A DNA stretch of 64,000 nucleotides from an uncultured cyanobacterium (GTDB taxonomy: Bacteria > Cyanobacteriota > Cyanobacteriia > CAKZMO01): positions 1 through 64,000 of the forward strand of contig CAVRCJ010000010.1 in NCBI GenBank assembly GCA_963719515.1, read 5' to 3'. Positions 41,255 to 51,737 of this stretch are shown here, piece by piece. A program made the position numbers and the translations under genes. The number at the start of each line of letters is the position of its first letter. Within the stretch, counting starts at the first letter, position 1. The notes under the pieces are model-generated. The model searched no databases. It saw only the letters and a list, made by a program, of their open reading frames with translations, and was not told the DNA's origin.

Positions 41255-42448
41255 ATGCTGGGCTTACTCAACCGCATTAGTGTCCTCAGAACTCTGCGAC
41301 AGCGCACGCCCCTAGGGCTGAAGCAGCTGAAGCACGACCCGCTGCGGCTGCTGACGGCGATCGCAGGGATTACCTTTGCCGATGTGCTTATCTTCATGCA
41401 GCTGGGCTTTGCCGATGCCCTCTACACCACAAATACCCAATATCCCCGCAGCCTGCAGGCCGACCTAGTTATCGTTAGCACCCAAGCCAAAAACTTCAGC
41501 CAGCTGCGCACCTTTCCCCGGCGACGACTCTATCAGGCCCAAGACGTCCCTGATGTCGCTACGACTGATTCACTCTACGTGGGCTCTGCCGAGTGGCGTA
41601 ATCCCCAAACCCGCGAAGAGACCTCAATGATGGTGCTGGGTCAGAGCCCCGATCGACCGGCGTTTACCCTGCCCGAGGTCAACCAGCAGCTCGATACGCT
41701 TCGCCTACCCGACGCGGTTTTACTTGACCAAGCCTCTCGGGGCGACTACGCAGAGGTGATTGACCAGGTGCAGCAGGGCAATTGGGTCACTACCGAAATT
41801 GGGCTGCGTACCATCACCGTGGCGGGCCTGTTTGAGGTAGGGGCGTCTTTTGCCGACGATGGGGCACTGATCACCAGCGACCAAAACTTTTTGCGGCTGT
41901 TTCCTCGGCGGAGCGCTGGGGCGGTCAGTCTGGGGCTAGTGCGCTTAGCGGCAGGGGCTGACCCGGAGACGGTGAGGACTGACTTGGCGGCGCGGCTGCC
42001 AGGCGACGTGCAGGTGATGACCCACGACGCCTATGTCGACTTTGAGCTGGCAGACATTCAGTCTGAGTCACCCATTGGCTTTGTCTTTGGATTAGGGACG
42101 GCCATGGGGTTCATCGTCGGCGTGGTGATTGTCTACCAGGTGCTCTCCACTGACGTCAACAGCCACCTTGCGGAATACGCGACCTTCAAAGCCATGGGCT
42201 ACCGCAACCGCTATCTGCTGGGGGTGGTGTTTGAAGAGGCTCTAATTTTGTCGCTGTTGGGCTTTGTACCGGGCATGGCGATCGCCTTTGGAGCCTACCA
42301 GCTCACCGCTGCGGCGACGGCGCTACCCATTGCGATGCCCGCCAGCCGCGCCTTACTCGTGTTTTTGCTCACTTTGGGGATGTGTGGCGGATCAGGGGCA
42401 ATAGCCACTCGTCGCCTCCAGGCCGCCGACCCCGCCGACATTTTTTGA
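41255..42448 (+). CDS. devC: DevC-family ABC permease
   Basis: AGITFADVLIFMQLGF, YQVLSTDV..HLAEYATFKAMGY, ADPADIF. Confidence 0.93.
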   Translation: MLGLLNRISVLRTLRQRTPLGLKQLKHDPLRLLTAIAGITFADVLIFMQLGFADALYTTNTQYPRSLQADLVIVSTQAKNFSQLRTFPRRRLYQAQDVPDVATTDSLYVGSAEWRNPQTREETSMMVLGQSPDRPAFTLPEVNQQLDTLRLPDAVLLDQASRGDYAEVIDQVQQGNWVTTEIGLRTITVAGLFEVGASFADDGALITSDQNFLRLFPRRSAGAVSLGLVRLAAGADPETVRTDLAARLPGDVQVMTHDAYVDFELADIQSESPIGFVFGLGTAMGFIVGVVIVYQVLSTDVNSHLAEYATFKAMGYRNRYLLGVVFEEALILSLLGFVPGMAIAFGAYQLTAAATALPIAMPASRALLVFLLTLGMCGGSGAIATRRLQAADPADIF

Positions 42449-42529
42449 TATCCCGCATGGCCATCAATATCTGTACGGGCGAATGGCCATTCGCCCCCAC
42501 CCACCCAACATTCGATATCAATTCAAATT

Positions 42530-43237
42530 ATGACTACCCCACCACCCGCCATTTCTATCCATCAGCTCAATCACATCTTCGGCAGCGGACAGCTCCGTAA
42601 ACAGGTGCTCACCGACATTACGCTAGACATCGCCACTGGCGAAATCGTAATTATGACCGGGCCATCAGGCTCCGGGAAAACCACCCTGCTTACCCTAATC
42701 GGCGGCCTGCGATCGCCTCAGACCGGTAGCCTCAACGTGGCAGGCCACGAGCTATGTCAGGCCAGCGATCGCCAGCTGGTGGCAGCGCGACGGCACAACG
42801 GCTATATCTTCCAGGCTCACAATCTTCACGGCAGCTTGACGGCTCTAGAAAACGTGCAGATGGCCCTAGAGGTGCAGGGGACCTTGTCACAGCTAGAGCG
42901 CCACCGCCGCGCCGCTGAGATGCTGATCCAGGTCGGGCTAGAAGATCGCCTCCAGTACTACCCGGCAGACCTGTCGGGGGGGCAAAAGCAGCGGGTGGCG
43001 ATCGCCCGCGCCTTGGTGAGCCACCCAAAGATTGTGTTGGCGGATGAGCCAACGGCGGCGCTAGACAGCAAGTCGGGGCGGGATGTGGTGGATATTATGT
43101 ACCGTTTGGCCAAAGAGCAAGGGTGTACGATTTTGCTGGTGACCCACGATAGCCGGATTTTGGACGTCGCTGACCGCATTGTTCATATGGAAGATGGGCG
43201 CTTGGCCCAATCAGCCAACGTCCGGAGTCCTGTCTGA
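42530..43237 (+). CDS. devA: DevA-family ABC ATPase
   Basis: GPSGSGKTT, LSGGQKQRVAIAR, ADEPTAALD. Confidence 0.93.
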   Translation: MTTPPPAISIHQLNHIFGSGQLRKQVLTDITLDIATGEIVIMTGPSGSGKTTLLTLIGGLRSPQTGSLNVAGHELCQASDRQLVAARRHNGYIFQAHNLHGSLTALENVQMALEVQGTLSQLERHRRAAEMLIQVGLEDRLQYYPADLSGGQKQRVAIARALVSHPKIVLADEPTAALDSKSGRDVVDIMYRLAKEQGCTILLVTHDSRILDVADRIVHMEDGRLAQSANVRSPV

Positions 43238-43275
43238 GCTAGCGGTAGCGAGACCGTAATTTGATCTGAGCTAGC

Positions 43276-44781
43276 CTAGCGCATTGTCTCTAGTTTGTGG
43301 GCAATAGAGGGCTTTAGCTTCTCCAACTCAGCCTTCAGGACGGATTTACTGAGGCTGAAGTCAGACGCTCGCGCAGCTTGACCCATCATCGAGAATTCGT
43401 TGAGCCGCTTTGCTTGGGTTTCAAGCAGCTCTGGCTTGACCAACACCGACGGCTCTGTAATCGTCAGCAGCTTCACGTAGGAGCACCGCTGGGCGTCTTC
43501 TAAAGAAAAGCACAGCATACGGTAGTGCCTTGTTTTACTGAGTACCCGCAGCAGCTGCTGTCCCTGCGGTAGTTTGAGATCGAGGTAGCAAGGCAGCCAC
43601 CGGGGGCTGTGCTCGTAGTTGTAGAGCACCGTCGCCCAAAGTAAAACGGGATGCGGCGACGCCAAAAACATAAACTTGTTGTAGGGAATCGCCGCCGCTA
43701 TCCGTTCAATATCGCGGTAGGGCAGCATCACCCAAAGCGTCGCAAAGAGCTCGTCTTCGAACTGCATGAGTTGGGGAAAGACGATTTCGGCTCGAGGTTT
43801 TCCCTCAGGCCACACAGCGCGGCGGCACTGCGCTTCAATAGACGAGGAGAGATTGTAGGGCTTTGGCCTTTCTTCGAGGATAGCGGGGTAGGATTTGTAC
43901 TGCTCTGCGATGGGCTCTAGCCGCTTCAAAACCTCGCTGACGTGCTGCGGGCGACGGCTAGGAGATTTGGCCATGCAGTCCATAATCAGCTGATCTAGCT
44001 CCTTTGGAACCCGAGTTCCAGGGCAAGCTGCATCGATTGAAAGGGGCTGCAGCTTACGGTGAGCCTGATACCACCCGCCGAAATTGTTGTTGACGGGCTG
44101 AAAGGGGAGCTTTCCCGTCAGCATTTGGAACATCATAACGCCGAGGCTGTAGAGATCAGAGCGCTGATCGAGGTTTTGGCCCTCCATTTGCTCTGGAGAA
44201 GCGTAGGCCAGAGTCCCCATGAAGCAGTCCGTCTGCTGCGAGTCTGCCTGGCGCATTTTGGCGATGCCAAAATCGAGAACTTTGACGAGCTGACCTAGCG
44301 TATCGTTCTCAGCGACAAAAATATTGCTGGGCTTGATGTCGCGGTGAATGACCGGAAACGTCTCGTCGTCGATCTCAATCCCCTGGTGCGCTCGCTGCAG
44401 CCCCAAGCAGGTTTGCCGTGAGACGTCTAGAAACTGCGGCAGCGGGAGTGGATTATAGCGAACCATGTCGGCCAGGCTTTGCCCAACCAGGTGCTCCATG
44501 ACGTAAAAAGGCACTTTGCGATCGTCGATACCGTAATCCGTTACTCGCACGATGTGAACGTTTCGCTGACCCAAGATAGCGCAGGTTTGGGCCTCTCGCT
44601 CAAACCGCTCCCGCATCTTTTGGTTGAGTAGCGTCTGCGCCAAAAATTTGACGGCGACCATGACCCCTCCTAGGGTCAAATCTTTAGCGGCATACACCCG
44701 ACCCATTGAACCTTGGCCCAAGGGTCTGACAAGCTGATATCGGTTAGCTAGTTTACGGCCAAGGTTGGTGTCTGCCTGCAC
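43276..44781 (-). CDS. Ser/Thr protein kinase
   Basis: LGQGSMGRVY, VAVK, IHRDIKPSN, LDFGIAK, YASPEQ; uncharacterised C-terminal domain. Confidence 0.93.
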   Translation of the reverse strand: MQADTNLGRKLANRYQLVRPLGQGSMGRVYAAKDLTLGGVMVAVKFLAQTLLNQKMRERFEREAQTCAILGQRNVHIVRVTDYGIDDRKVPFYVMEHLVGQSLADMVRYNPLPLPQFLDVSRQTCLGLQRAHQGIEIDDETFPVIHRDIKPSNIFVAENDTLGQLVKVLDFGIAKMRQADSQQTDCFMGTLAYASPEQMEGQNLDQRSDLYSLGVMMFQMLTGKLPFQPVNNNFGGWYQAHRKLQPLSIDAACPGTRVPKELDQLIMDCMAKSPSRRPQHVSEVLKRLEPIAEQYKSYPAILEERPKPYNLSSSIEAQCRRAVWPEGKPRAEIVFPQLMQFEDELFATLWVMLPYRDIERIAAAIPYNKFMFLASPHPVLLWATVLYNYEHSPRWLPCYLDLKLPQGQQLLRVLSKTRHYRMLCFSLEDAQRCSYVKLLTITEPSVLVKPELLETQAKRLNEFSMMGQAARASDFSLSKSVLKAELEKLKPSIAHKLETMR

Positions 44782-45530
44782 TGGAATGCCCTCGCATCAT
44801 GATCTATGGCTTTTGGCGAAGCGCGGCGCAGAAGGTCACCCACGGTCAAGCTTCGCCTATGAACAATTTTTCCCGAATAGATGCCCCGAAGTGAGACCAA
44901 AATCCATCTCGGAAACTGGAGTTCCCGCGCTATATGAGAGTGTTGTACAATCTCGCAAGCTGTGTAGCCGTCAGCAAAGCGCCGCAGGTTGACCTCGCCG
45001 GGAAGAGGACGTCCAGTACAGCAGCGTTTGTTGATGACGACCTACTTTCTTAACGATTATAGTTACGGGCTGCGAATAGCTCTCAGCGTCAGCTGCAGTC
45101 TTGCCTTTTCTTTTACAAAGATGCCCTATTCAGTCATAGCAGTGTTTATGCCATTGGACTACGCCAGTCTGTTCTTTTTCCCAAAGTTTTGGGGAACTTG
45201 AGGCACTGGTCAGTAAGCCCAAGCTCAACGCATCACTCCGTTGAATTGGCTTCGAAGTGAGCCAATAGCCGCAAGTGATAGCCTTTGCCGTGGCGCTTAC
45301 CCAAGAGATCGAAGACATATTCAGTAAAGAAGATTGGAATTTTGGGGCGTGAGGGCTATATTAATTGTGCAGTACCGATTGACACTGCATTCTGGCTGCA
45401 CTTCGGGGATCTACGACCATTTATTGCTTATGAAGGCCAGAGGCTTGCTCTGCTGTTGTAGCGGTTTGCTGCACTTTTGATTTTGCCTGTAGCTGGCGCC
45501 TTACCCACTTCCACGATCGCCTAACATCCT

Positions 45531-46100
45531 ATGTCCGTGCCAAACCGTTCTACACCCAGTTACGCTAAGGCTCGTCGCCGATCGCGGACGTCCCGAGCGC
45601 TAGGGGCTAGCGCAACCCGCTCTTCTAGCCTTCAGGTGAGCGGGTCGGCTGCCCTTGCTCCCCTTCCCGCCTCCCCTCGGGCGATCGCCCCTAAGCCTGC
45701 GCAACCTTCACTGGTCGTAACGTTCCCGAAAGGGCGACGACGTCGGCAGCCTAAAGCTCTACAGCTGTTGATGGTGGCCCAGCGGAGTTCTTTCATCTGC
45801 GCCTCTACGGTGACGGCTATTGCCCTAACGCTTTACGGTTGGACGGTTTACTCCCAGCAGCGGTGGTCGAACCACTACAGCCGCTTTAGGCAGCTTCAGC
45901 ACTATGAACAGCAGTTGGTTACCGTTACGGGTGCCCTCGAAGCGCAGATTTTACAGCCCGCTGACGCCGCGTCCATCGTGCGGCCTATTACCCCCGACGA
46001 CGTTGTCGAGCTGGTTCCGGCTGCGCCCCGGTCAGCGATCGCCGAACCTACCCCCCCTTCTGAGCTGACCTGGTCCGCGCCTCAGCCCGTTGGATACTGA
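45531..46100 (+). CDS. Hypothetical single-pass membrane protein, FtsL-like
   Basis: Basic N-terminus, one TM helix (LYGWTVYSQQ.W), coiled coil, P.GY end; immediately upstream of ftsI. Confidence 0.65.
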   Translation: MSVPNRSTPSYAKARRRSRTSRALGASATRSSSLQVSGSAALAPLPASPRAIAPKPAQPSLVVTFPKGRRRRQPKALQLLMVAQRSSFICASTVTAIALTLYGWTVYSQQRWSNHYSRFRQLQHYEQQLVTVTGALEAQILQPADAASIVRPITPDDVVELVPAAPRSAIAEPTPPSELTWSAPQPVGY

Positions 46101-46114
46101 GGCGGTGCATTAAT

Positions 46115-48049
46115 ATGGCTCCCCGGCTCCCTGTTCATCGCTACTCTCCCCGGCAAGCTCAACCTGTTGGACGCCGCCCCAGTGCAGGGAGCGCGGTCAC
46201 GCTGGCAACGCTAGGTCGCGCTAAACCGGGCCGCGCTAATCTGGGCCGCGCTAATCTGGGCCGCGCTAAATCGGGCCGCGCTAATCTGGGTCGCAGTCGG
46301 AGACCCTCACGGGACCGCCGCGCCTCAGCGCTGTCTTACCGCTGCCCCAAGCCTCGGCTGATTGCGGCGTGGCTGCTGCTGGTCATGGCGATCGCAGGGC
46401 TAGGCGCGCGGCTATTCCACCTGCAAATCCTGCAGTCTGATACCCTTGCTCAGCGCGCTGAAGGGCAGCGCCGAATTGCGGTTATGCCGCTGATTTCCCG
46501 TCGCCCCGTCGTTGACCGGTACAACCGCGTTGTCGCCACCGATCGCCAGGTGTATACTCTCTACGTCCATCCAAACCAGTTCGAGGATTCTTCCCAAGCC
46601 TATATCTCTGAGGTGGCCGCTAAACTAGCGCCGCTGGTTGACCAAGACGCTGACAGCCTTCGCAGTCAGCTCAGCAGCGCTGACAGCGGGATCAAGCTGC
46701 AGGAAGGGATAACGGAGGACACCGCCAACCGAATTCGACGGCTTTACCTCAACGGGCTCGATTTGAGTTCTCAGCGCGAGCGATTTTATGCCCACGCGGG
46801 CGCGCTTGCCCATATAATCGGCTACGTCGATTCGGATGGCCTAGGGCAAGTCGGCGTTGAGCAAAGCTATGAAGATCAGCTGGCTCAGCCGTTTGAGGCT
46901 ACCGATCTGATCCAAGGGGGCAATGGCGCGGTTGTCTCCAGCGGCGTCCCGGCTGAACTGCTGCATCGCGACGATCTCAGCCTTAAGCTCACAATTGACA
47001 GCCGCCTGCAGCAGATTGCCTATCACGCTCTACAGGAGCAGGTGGAGGCCTATGGCGCTGACAAAGGAGCAGTCATGGTGATGGATGTCCGCACCGGAGC
47101 GCTGCGGGCTATGGCTACAACGCCCACCTATGACCCCAATCAGTTCTATAACTCCGATCTTGAGACGCTCAAAAACTGGGTGCTCAGCGATCTCTACGAG
47201 CCGGGATCGACGTTCAAACCCATCAACGTGGCGATCGCCCTAGAGACAGGTTACCTACAGCCCACCGATATCATCAGCGACGAGGGTAGGATTGTCTTCG
47301 GCCAGTGGACAATTCAAAACCATGACTACGAGACGGTAGGTAGCCGAGGGGCGCTCAGCGTCAGCGAGGTGCTCCAGTATTCCAGCAATGTGGGCATGGT
47401 CAACATTATGAAGCGTATGCCGCGAGAGGAATACTACAGCTGGCTGGAGCGCCTAGGGCTGCGGGAGGAGACTGGAATCGACCTGCCCTCTGAGGCGTTG
47501 AGCTTGCTCAAGTCTCAAGAGCAGTTCACCCAATCGCCCGTTGAAGCGGCAACGACGGCGTTTGGTCAGGGATTTTCCCTCTCTGCGATTCAGCTTTTAA
47601 AGCTTCATGCGGCAGTTTCTAACGGCGGTACCTTGGTGACTCCCCATGTCATTGAAGGGCTGTTTGATAACCACGATGTCTCCCAGTGGCAGCCTGAGCG
47701 CCCCGCAGTACGACGGGTTTTTTCCCCGAAAACCAGCCGAGCCGTAATGTCTATGATGGAAGATGTGGTTGTTGAAGGCAGCGGTGAACCGGCTCAAATT
47801 AAAAACTATCGTATTGCTGGAAAAACAGGAACGGCCCAGAAGGCCGGAGCGGGGGGCTATTCCAACTCTCGCGTCACCAGCTTTGTCAGCGTCTTACCGG
47901 CAGACAATCCCCGCTACGTCGTGTTGACCCTAATCGATGAGCCTCAGGGAGAGGGGGCTTACGGCTCAACGGTGGCCGCGCCCGTGGCCAAAAAGGTGAT
48001 GGAGGCGCTGATTGTGATGGAAGGGTTGCCCCGCCAGCAGACCGACTAG
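46115..48049 (+). CDS. ftsI: Class B penicillin-binding protein (FtsI/PBP3)
   Basis: YEPGSTFK (SxxK), SSNVG (SxN), AGKTGTAQK (KTG). Confidence 0.9.
   Translation: MAPRLPVHRYSPRQAQPVGRRPSAGSAVTLATLGRAKPGRANLGRANLGRAKSGRANLGRSRRPSRDRRASALSYRCPKPRLIAAWLLLVMAIAGLGARLFHLQILQSDTLAQRAEGQRRIAVMPLISRRPVVDRYNRVVATDRQVYTLYVHPNQFEDSSQAYISEVAAKLAPLVDQDADSLRSQLSSADSGIKLQEGITEDTANRIRRLYLNGLDLSSQRERFYAHAGALAHIIGYVDSDGLGQVGVEQSYEDQLAQPFEATDLIQGGNGAVVSSGVPAELLHRDDLSLKLTIDSRLQQIAYHALQEQVEAYGADKGAVMVMDVRTGALRAMATTPTYDPNQFYNSDLETLKNWVLSDLYEPGSTFKPINVAIALETGYLQPTDIISDEGRIVFGQWTIQNHDYETVGSRGALSVSEVLQYSSNVGMVNIMKRMPREEYYSWLERLGLREETGIDLPSEALSLLKSQEQFTQSPVEAATTAFGQGFSLSAIQLLKLHAAVSNGGTLVTPHVIEGLFDNHDVSQWQPERPAVRRVFSPKTSRAVMSMMEDVVVEGSGEPAQIKNYRIAGKTGTAQKAGAGGYSNSRVTSFVSVLPADNPRYVVLTLIDEPQGEGAYGSTVAAPVAKKVMEALIVMEGLPRQQTD
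46211..46294 (+). repeat. In-frame 15-bp tandem repeat in ftsI N-terminus
   Basis: (C/T)(T/C)GGGCCGCGCTAA(T/A) x5.6 encoding LGRAK/PGRAN/LGRAN. Confidence 0.85.
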
Positions 48050-48095
48050 TGATACCATCAGTCAAATTACGTTAGGCTATAGCCTCAGTTTACAG

Positions 48096-48812
48096 ATGTC
48101 TACCGTCACCCTCCCCAAAAGTCTAGATGAAGCCGTGGTCCAAGCTCAAAGGGCAACTCAAGCCGCCCTCGACGATGGTCACCAGCGCCTTCAGGTGGAG
48201 CTGCTGTTTCCTGAGCTAAAGGTGATGCCCGTAGCCCAATCGTTTTTGGAGGAGTTCGAAGCTTTAGGTGCGGCTCTGCGGGTTGTATTCCCTGATGCGG
48301 GTTCGGCGGCGCTGGCGCGACGAGACTGGGGCGACAAGTCGTTTGTGATGCGCGGTATAAGCGACATGAACGCGAAGTTTCAGGACGACGAGGCGATGTT
48401 CATTTTTGTTGAGCCGTCCTCGGTTGAGGTGACCCAGGTGGAAACCCTCTGTCAGGCCGCAGGCGATCGCCCCGTGGTCATGCTCAACCCGAGCCTAGAA
48501 GATGTGGCCGTTGTGGGGATCGGCTACGCGGCCAGGCAGCTGCGAGAGCGGTTTTTGAGCCTGTTTGAATCCTGCTACTACCTCAGACCGCTGAACGACG
48601 CGGCGCTATTTCGCTGCTACCCCAGCCCTTGGCAGGTGTGGCGACAGGTGGGAGAGGAGTACGAATGGGTCGGGGAGCAAGACACCCGTCCCAGTTCAGA
48701 TGAGATTGATCAGATGCTGATGGGCACCCTAGATGAAGATGGCCCAAAGCGAGCTGTCCGGCGCGGTATATTGTCGGAGCTACAGTCGTTTCTGCGGGCG
48801 CTGAGCCAATAA
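48096..48812 (+). CDS. DUF1995-family protein
   Basis: RLQVELLFPELK, FPDAGSAALARRDWG, VGIGYAARQLRERF, RCYPSPWQVW. Confidence 0.85.
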   Translation: MSTVTLPKSLDEAVVQAQRATQAALDDGHQRLQVELLFPELKVMPVAQSFLEEFEALGAALRVVFPDAGSAALARRDWGDKSFVMRGISDMNAKFQDDEAMFIFVEPSSVEVTQVETLCQAAGDRPVVMLNPSLEDVAVVGIGYAARQLRERFLSLFESCYYLRPLNDAALFRCYPSPWQVWRQVGEEYEWVGEQDTRPSSDEIDQMLMGTLDEDGPKRAVRRGILSELQSFLRALSQ

Positions 48813-49052
48813 ATATACTAGTCAACACAGCAAATAACCTTCGTAAAGATTCAATTAACGTTGTTTCAGTTTCATGCAATTAGCGCTTTAGACCCAGTAG
48901 GTTATCAAAGAGGGATAGGAGCGCTACAGGGCGCTAATCTACAGGTCGCCAATCTACAGGGCGTTAAGACAGTGGGTGTTGAATAGAGTCGATAAGACAG
49001 ACGGTGCAGTTGGCTCCTAGCCTGATTTCGTTAGTAACCAGAGGTTTGAGGC

Positions 49053-49811
49053 GTGTTTCAAGGCCGTCAGATTGTAATTGGTGATGTGCATGGGCAGTAC
49101 GACGGATTGATGCGACTGCTCGAAGCCGCCAATCTTACCTCAAGCGATCGCGTTTATTTTCTGGGTGATCTGATCGATCGCGGACCTAAGAGTGCTCAGG
49201 TACTGTCGCTTATTCAGCAGCAGGGCTACGTCTCTTTGCTCGGCAACCACGAGCAAATGCTGCTAGATGCGTTTCCTAACGGTAAGGCCGCGCCTTCAGC
49301 GCTAGCGGCTTGGCTATACAGCGGCGGACAGGCTACGCTGGACAGTTTTGACACTGTTCAAGACCTAATCGCGCAGCTTGACTGGATTAATTCCTGGCCC
49401 ACATACCTTGATCTGGGCGATACCTGGCTGGTCCACGCAGGGGTTAACCCCGATGTGTGCCTTGAGAAGCAAACTAAGCAGGACCTCTGCTGGATTCGCC
49501 AAAAGTTTCACAGCATTCCCCGCCCTTACTTCGCGGATAAGCTGATTATCACCGGGCACACCATCACGTTCACCCTGCCCGATATTGCCCCAGGCGCTTT
49601 GGTGAGAGGAGAAGGGTGGCTCGACATCGATACCGGAGCCTACCACCCCCGCAGCGGCTGGCTTACAGGAGTAGACCTCACTTACCAGAAGGTCTATCAG
49701 GTGAATGTCTACACTAAGGATCGCCGCTGCTTATCTTTAGAAGAAGCGGTGGTAAAAATCGACCCGACCTTGATTCCCCGCCGCAGGCCGCTGGCTAGGT
49801 TTGCAGGCTAG
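49053..49811 (+). CDS. Metallophosphoesterase (Ser/Thr phosphatase-like)
   Basis: GDVHG, GDLIDRG, GNHE, HAG, GHT, IDTG. Confidence 0.93.
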   Translation: MFQGRQIVIGDVHGQYDGLMRLLEAANLTSSDRVYFLGDLIDRGPKSAQVLSLIQQQGYVSLLGNHEQMLLDAFPNGKAAPSALAAWLYSGGQATLDSFDTVQDLIAQLDWINSWPTYLDLGDTWLVHAGVNPDVCLEKQTKQDLCWIRQKFHSIPRPYFADKLIITGHTITFTLPDIAPGALVRGEGWLDIDTGAYHPRSGWLTGVDLTYQKVYQVNVYTKDRRCLSLEEAVVKIDPTLIPRRRPLARFAG

Positions 49812-49835
49812 ACCTTGCGGTCTAAGGTTTGCAGG

Positions 49836-50483
49836 CTAGACCTCGCCGAGATGAGCCACGTCATTAAACCGCCGAATTTGCCACAGCGAGCTGTTGAGCT
49901 TCTGCTCAGGCGTGGCCCAGCGATCGCGGTCGAGCCAAATTTCGATCAGGCCCGCGTTGTTTAGGGGAAATTCCCAGGTGCGATCGCAGCCTAGCAGCGC
50001 CGACAGTAAGTGCTGCAAGAGCCACTGGTGAGACACTACCCAGACCTGCTCCCCGGCCTGATGGGTCAGTAGCTTTGCCATGACGCGGTCGGCGCGATCG
50101 CGCCCCGACTGCAGAGTCTCCGCTCCGGGAATAGGGATCCAATCATGGGAGTGGGTGAGCCGCTGGCATAGTTCAGGATAGCGACTTGAGGCCTCTGCCC
50201 AAGTTAGCCCTGCAAAGACGCCATTCTGGAACTCCTGCAGATCATCTAAATAGACCAGGGGAGGTGGCGACTGCTGAGCCTGCTGAAGAATCTTCGCTGT
50301 TTCTGCCGCCCGCTGCAGCGGACTGGCATAGAGACGAGTGGGGCTAGGACCTTGCCCTAAGCGCTCTGCCAACTGCTGAGCCTGCTGTCTACCGAGGGCC
50401 GTCAGCGCGTCGTGGCGTCCCATCATCCGGCCTTCAGCGTTTCCCACTGATTGGGCGTGACGAATCAACAGCAGCCGCAGCAT
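49836..50483 (-). CDS. Histidine phosphatase family protein
   Basis: LIRHAQS, SPLQRA.ETA, LQE, VVSH; start ATG 50483. Confidence 0.9.
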   Translation of the reverse strand: MLRLLLIRHAQSVGNAEGRMMGRHDALTALGRQQAQQLAERLGQGPSPTRLYASPLQRAAETAKILQQAQQSPPPLVYLDDLQEFQNGVFAGLTWAEASSRYPELCQRLTHSHDWIPIPGAETLQSGRDRADRVMAKLLTHQAGEQVWVVSHQWLLQHLLSALLGCDRTWEFPLNNAGLIEIWLDRDRWATPEQKLNSSLWQIRRFNDVAHLGEV

Positions 50484-50547
50484 TGGGCGATCGCTCCTTA
50501 GGGGTTTGGTCTCTAGACGTTTGGCCTTTAGACCTCGAGCCTTTGGC

Positions 50548-51525
50548 CTAGACTCCGGTTTTGAAGGGCGTTTTTTTCTTCTTCTTAGACTTCTGCTTCT
50601 CGTAGTCGATTTCTCGCAGCTTTTTGAGAATGCGGTCAAAGTACTCTTTGAGATAGGCTTCTAGGGTCGTGATGCTTTCAGGGTCGATGTCGAACGCTGC
50701 GTAGGTTTTTTCCATGCTGGCGTCGAGGGGCTTGCCTGAGGCCACTACCTCCATAAAGGCAAGGCGATCGGCGATGTTGGAGGTCCACTGGAAAAAGCGC
50801 GCCGACCGGCGGATCACCCGCAGCAGGCCGCTGGGCATGCGCGTGATGCGGGCGTCTTTGCCCGACAGCCGCTCGCACAGCCGGATGATTTCGTAAGCGC
50901 CCCAAGCGCGGCTGCCCACAATCGGAAAGGTCTCTCCTACGGTCTCTGGTCGCTCTAGAGCCTGGATAGCGAAGCGAGCAATATCTTGGGTATTCATGTA
51001 GGCTGTGGGTGAAGTATCCCCCATCACCCACACGGCCTGACCCTCAAGAATCGGAATGGCGTATTGGCCGATCAAGCCCTGCAGGAAGCCACAGGGACGC
51101 AAGATGGTGTAATCTAGCCCGGATTCTGCCAGGTACGCCTCTGTGCAGCGCTTGATCTCCATCAGCGGCACGTCCGGATATTTCTCAGCATCTAAAATAG
51201 AGATAAAGATGAAGCGCTTCACCCCGCAAGCCTGAGTCGCCTTGATCAAGTTAACCTTCCCTTCCCAGTCCACCTGACGAATAGACACAGAGTCTGTGGG
51301 ACGGTTGGCAGAGGCGTCGATTACAGCGTCGATTCCCTCTAGGGCAGCTGGCAAGGTGTCAGGCCGGCGGAGGTCTCCACCCGCAAGTTCAGTTCCCCAT
51401 TCTTTTAGAAAAGCGGCTCTTCGAAAACTTCGAACTAGACAGCGGACCTGATGTCCCTCATCTAACGCACGGCGGGCTATTTGACGACCTAGGGTACCCG
51501 TCGCACCAACGATCAATACTTTCAT
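50548..51525 (-). CDS. ycf39: Ycf39-family atypical SDR (PSII assembly)
   Basis: GATGTLGRQI.RRALDEG, FLKEWG.EL, GLIGQYAIPIL, YM.TQD.A.F. Confidence 0.9.
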   Translation of the reverse strand: MKVLIVGATGTLGRQIARRALDEGHQVRCLVRSFRRAAFLKEWGTELAGGDLRRPDTLPAALEGIDAVIDASANRPTDSVSIRQVDWEGKVNLIKATQACGVKRFIFISILDAEKYPDVPLMEIKRCTEAYLAESGLDYTILRPCGFLQGLIGQYAIPILEGQAVWVMGDTSPTAYMNTQDIARFAIQALERPETVGETFPIVGSRAWGAYEIIRLCERLSGKDARITRMPSGLLRVIRRSARFFQWTSNIADRLAFMEVVASGKPLDASMEKTYAAFDIDPESITTLEAYLKEYFDRILKKLREIDYEKQKSKKKKKTPFKTGV

Positions 51526-51737
51526 GGGGAAACTTAACTGTTGTATCGTTAACTTTTTATAAGATTTTATCAGATAAGGTAAGCTTACCCTAAATTGACC
51601 GCAGCGATCGCTACTAACCCTTTCAAGATAGAGCTAAGCGTTCCAACCCTCGCCTTCTAGCGATCCCACCACGATTCGCAATCTTTCACTGCGCCAACAG
51701 CACATAAGATTGAAGGGGCCACTAGGGAAACAGGGCA

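Noticed and set aside
44790..45530. Hidden gene or ncRNA in the long intergenic region (likewise 26200-26900)
   Set aside because: Only short unsupported ORFs and weak hairpins; no recognisable tRNA, rRNA or ncRNA motif.
50484..50639. N-terminal extension of the histidine phosphatase
   Set aside because: Overlaps the ycf39 3' end; the RH motif lies right after ATG 50483.
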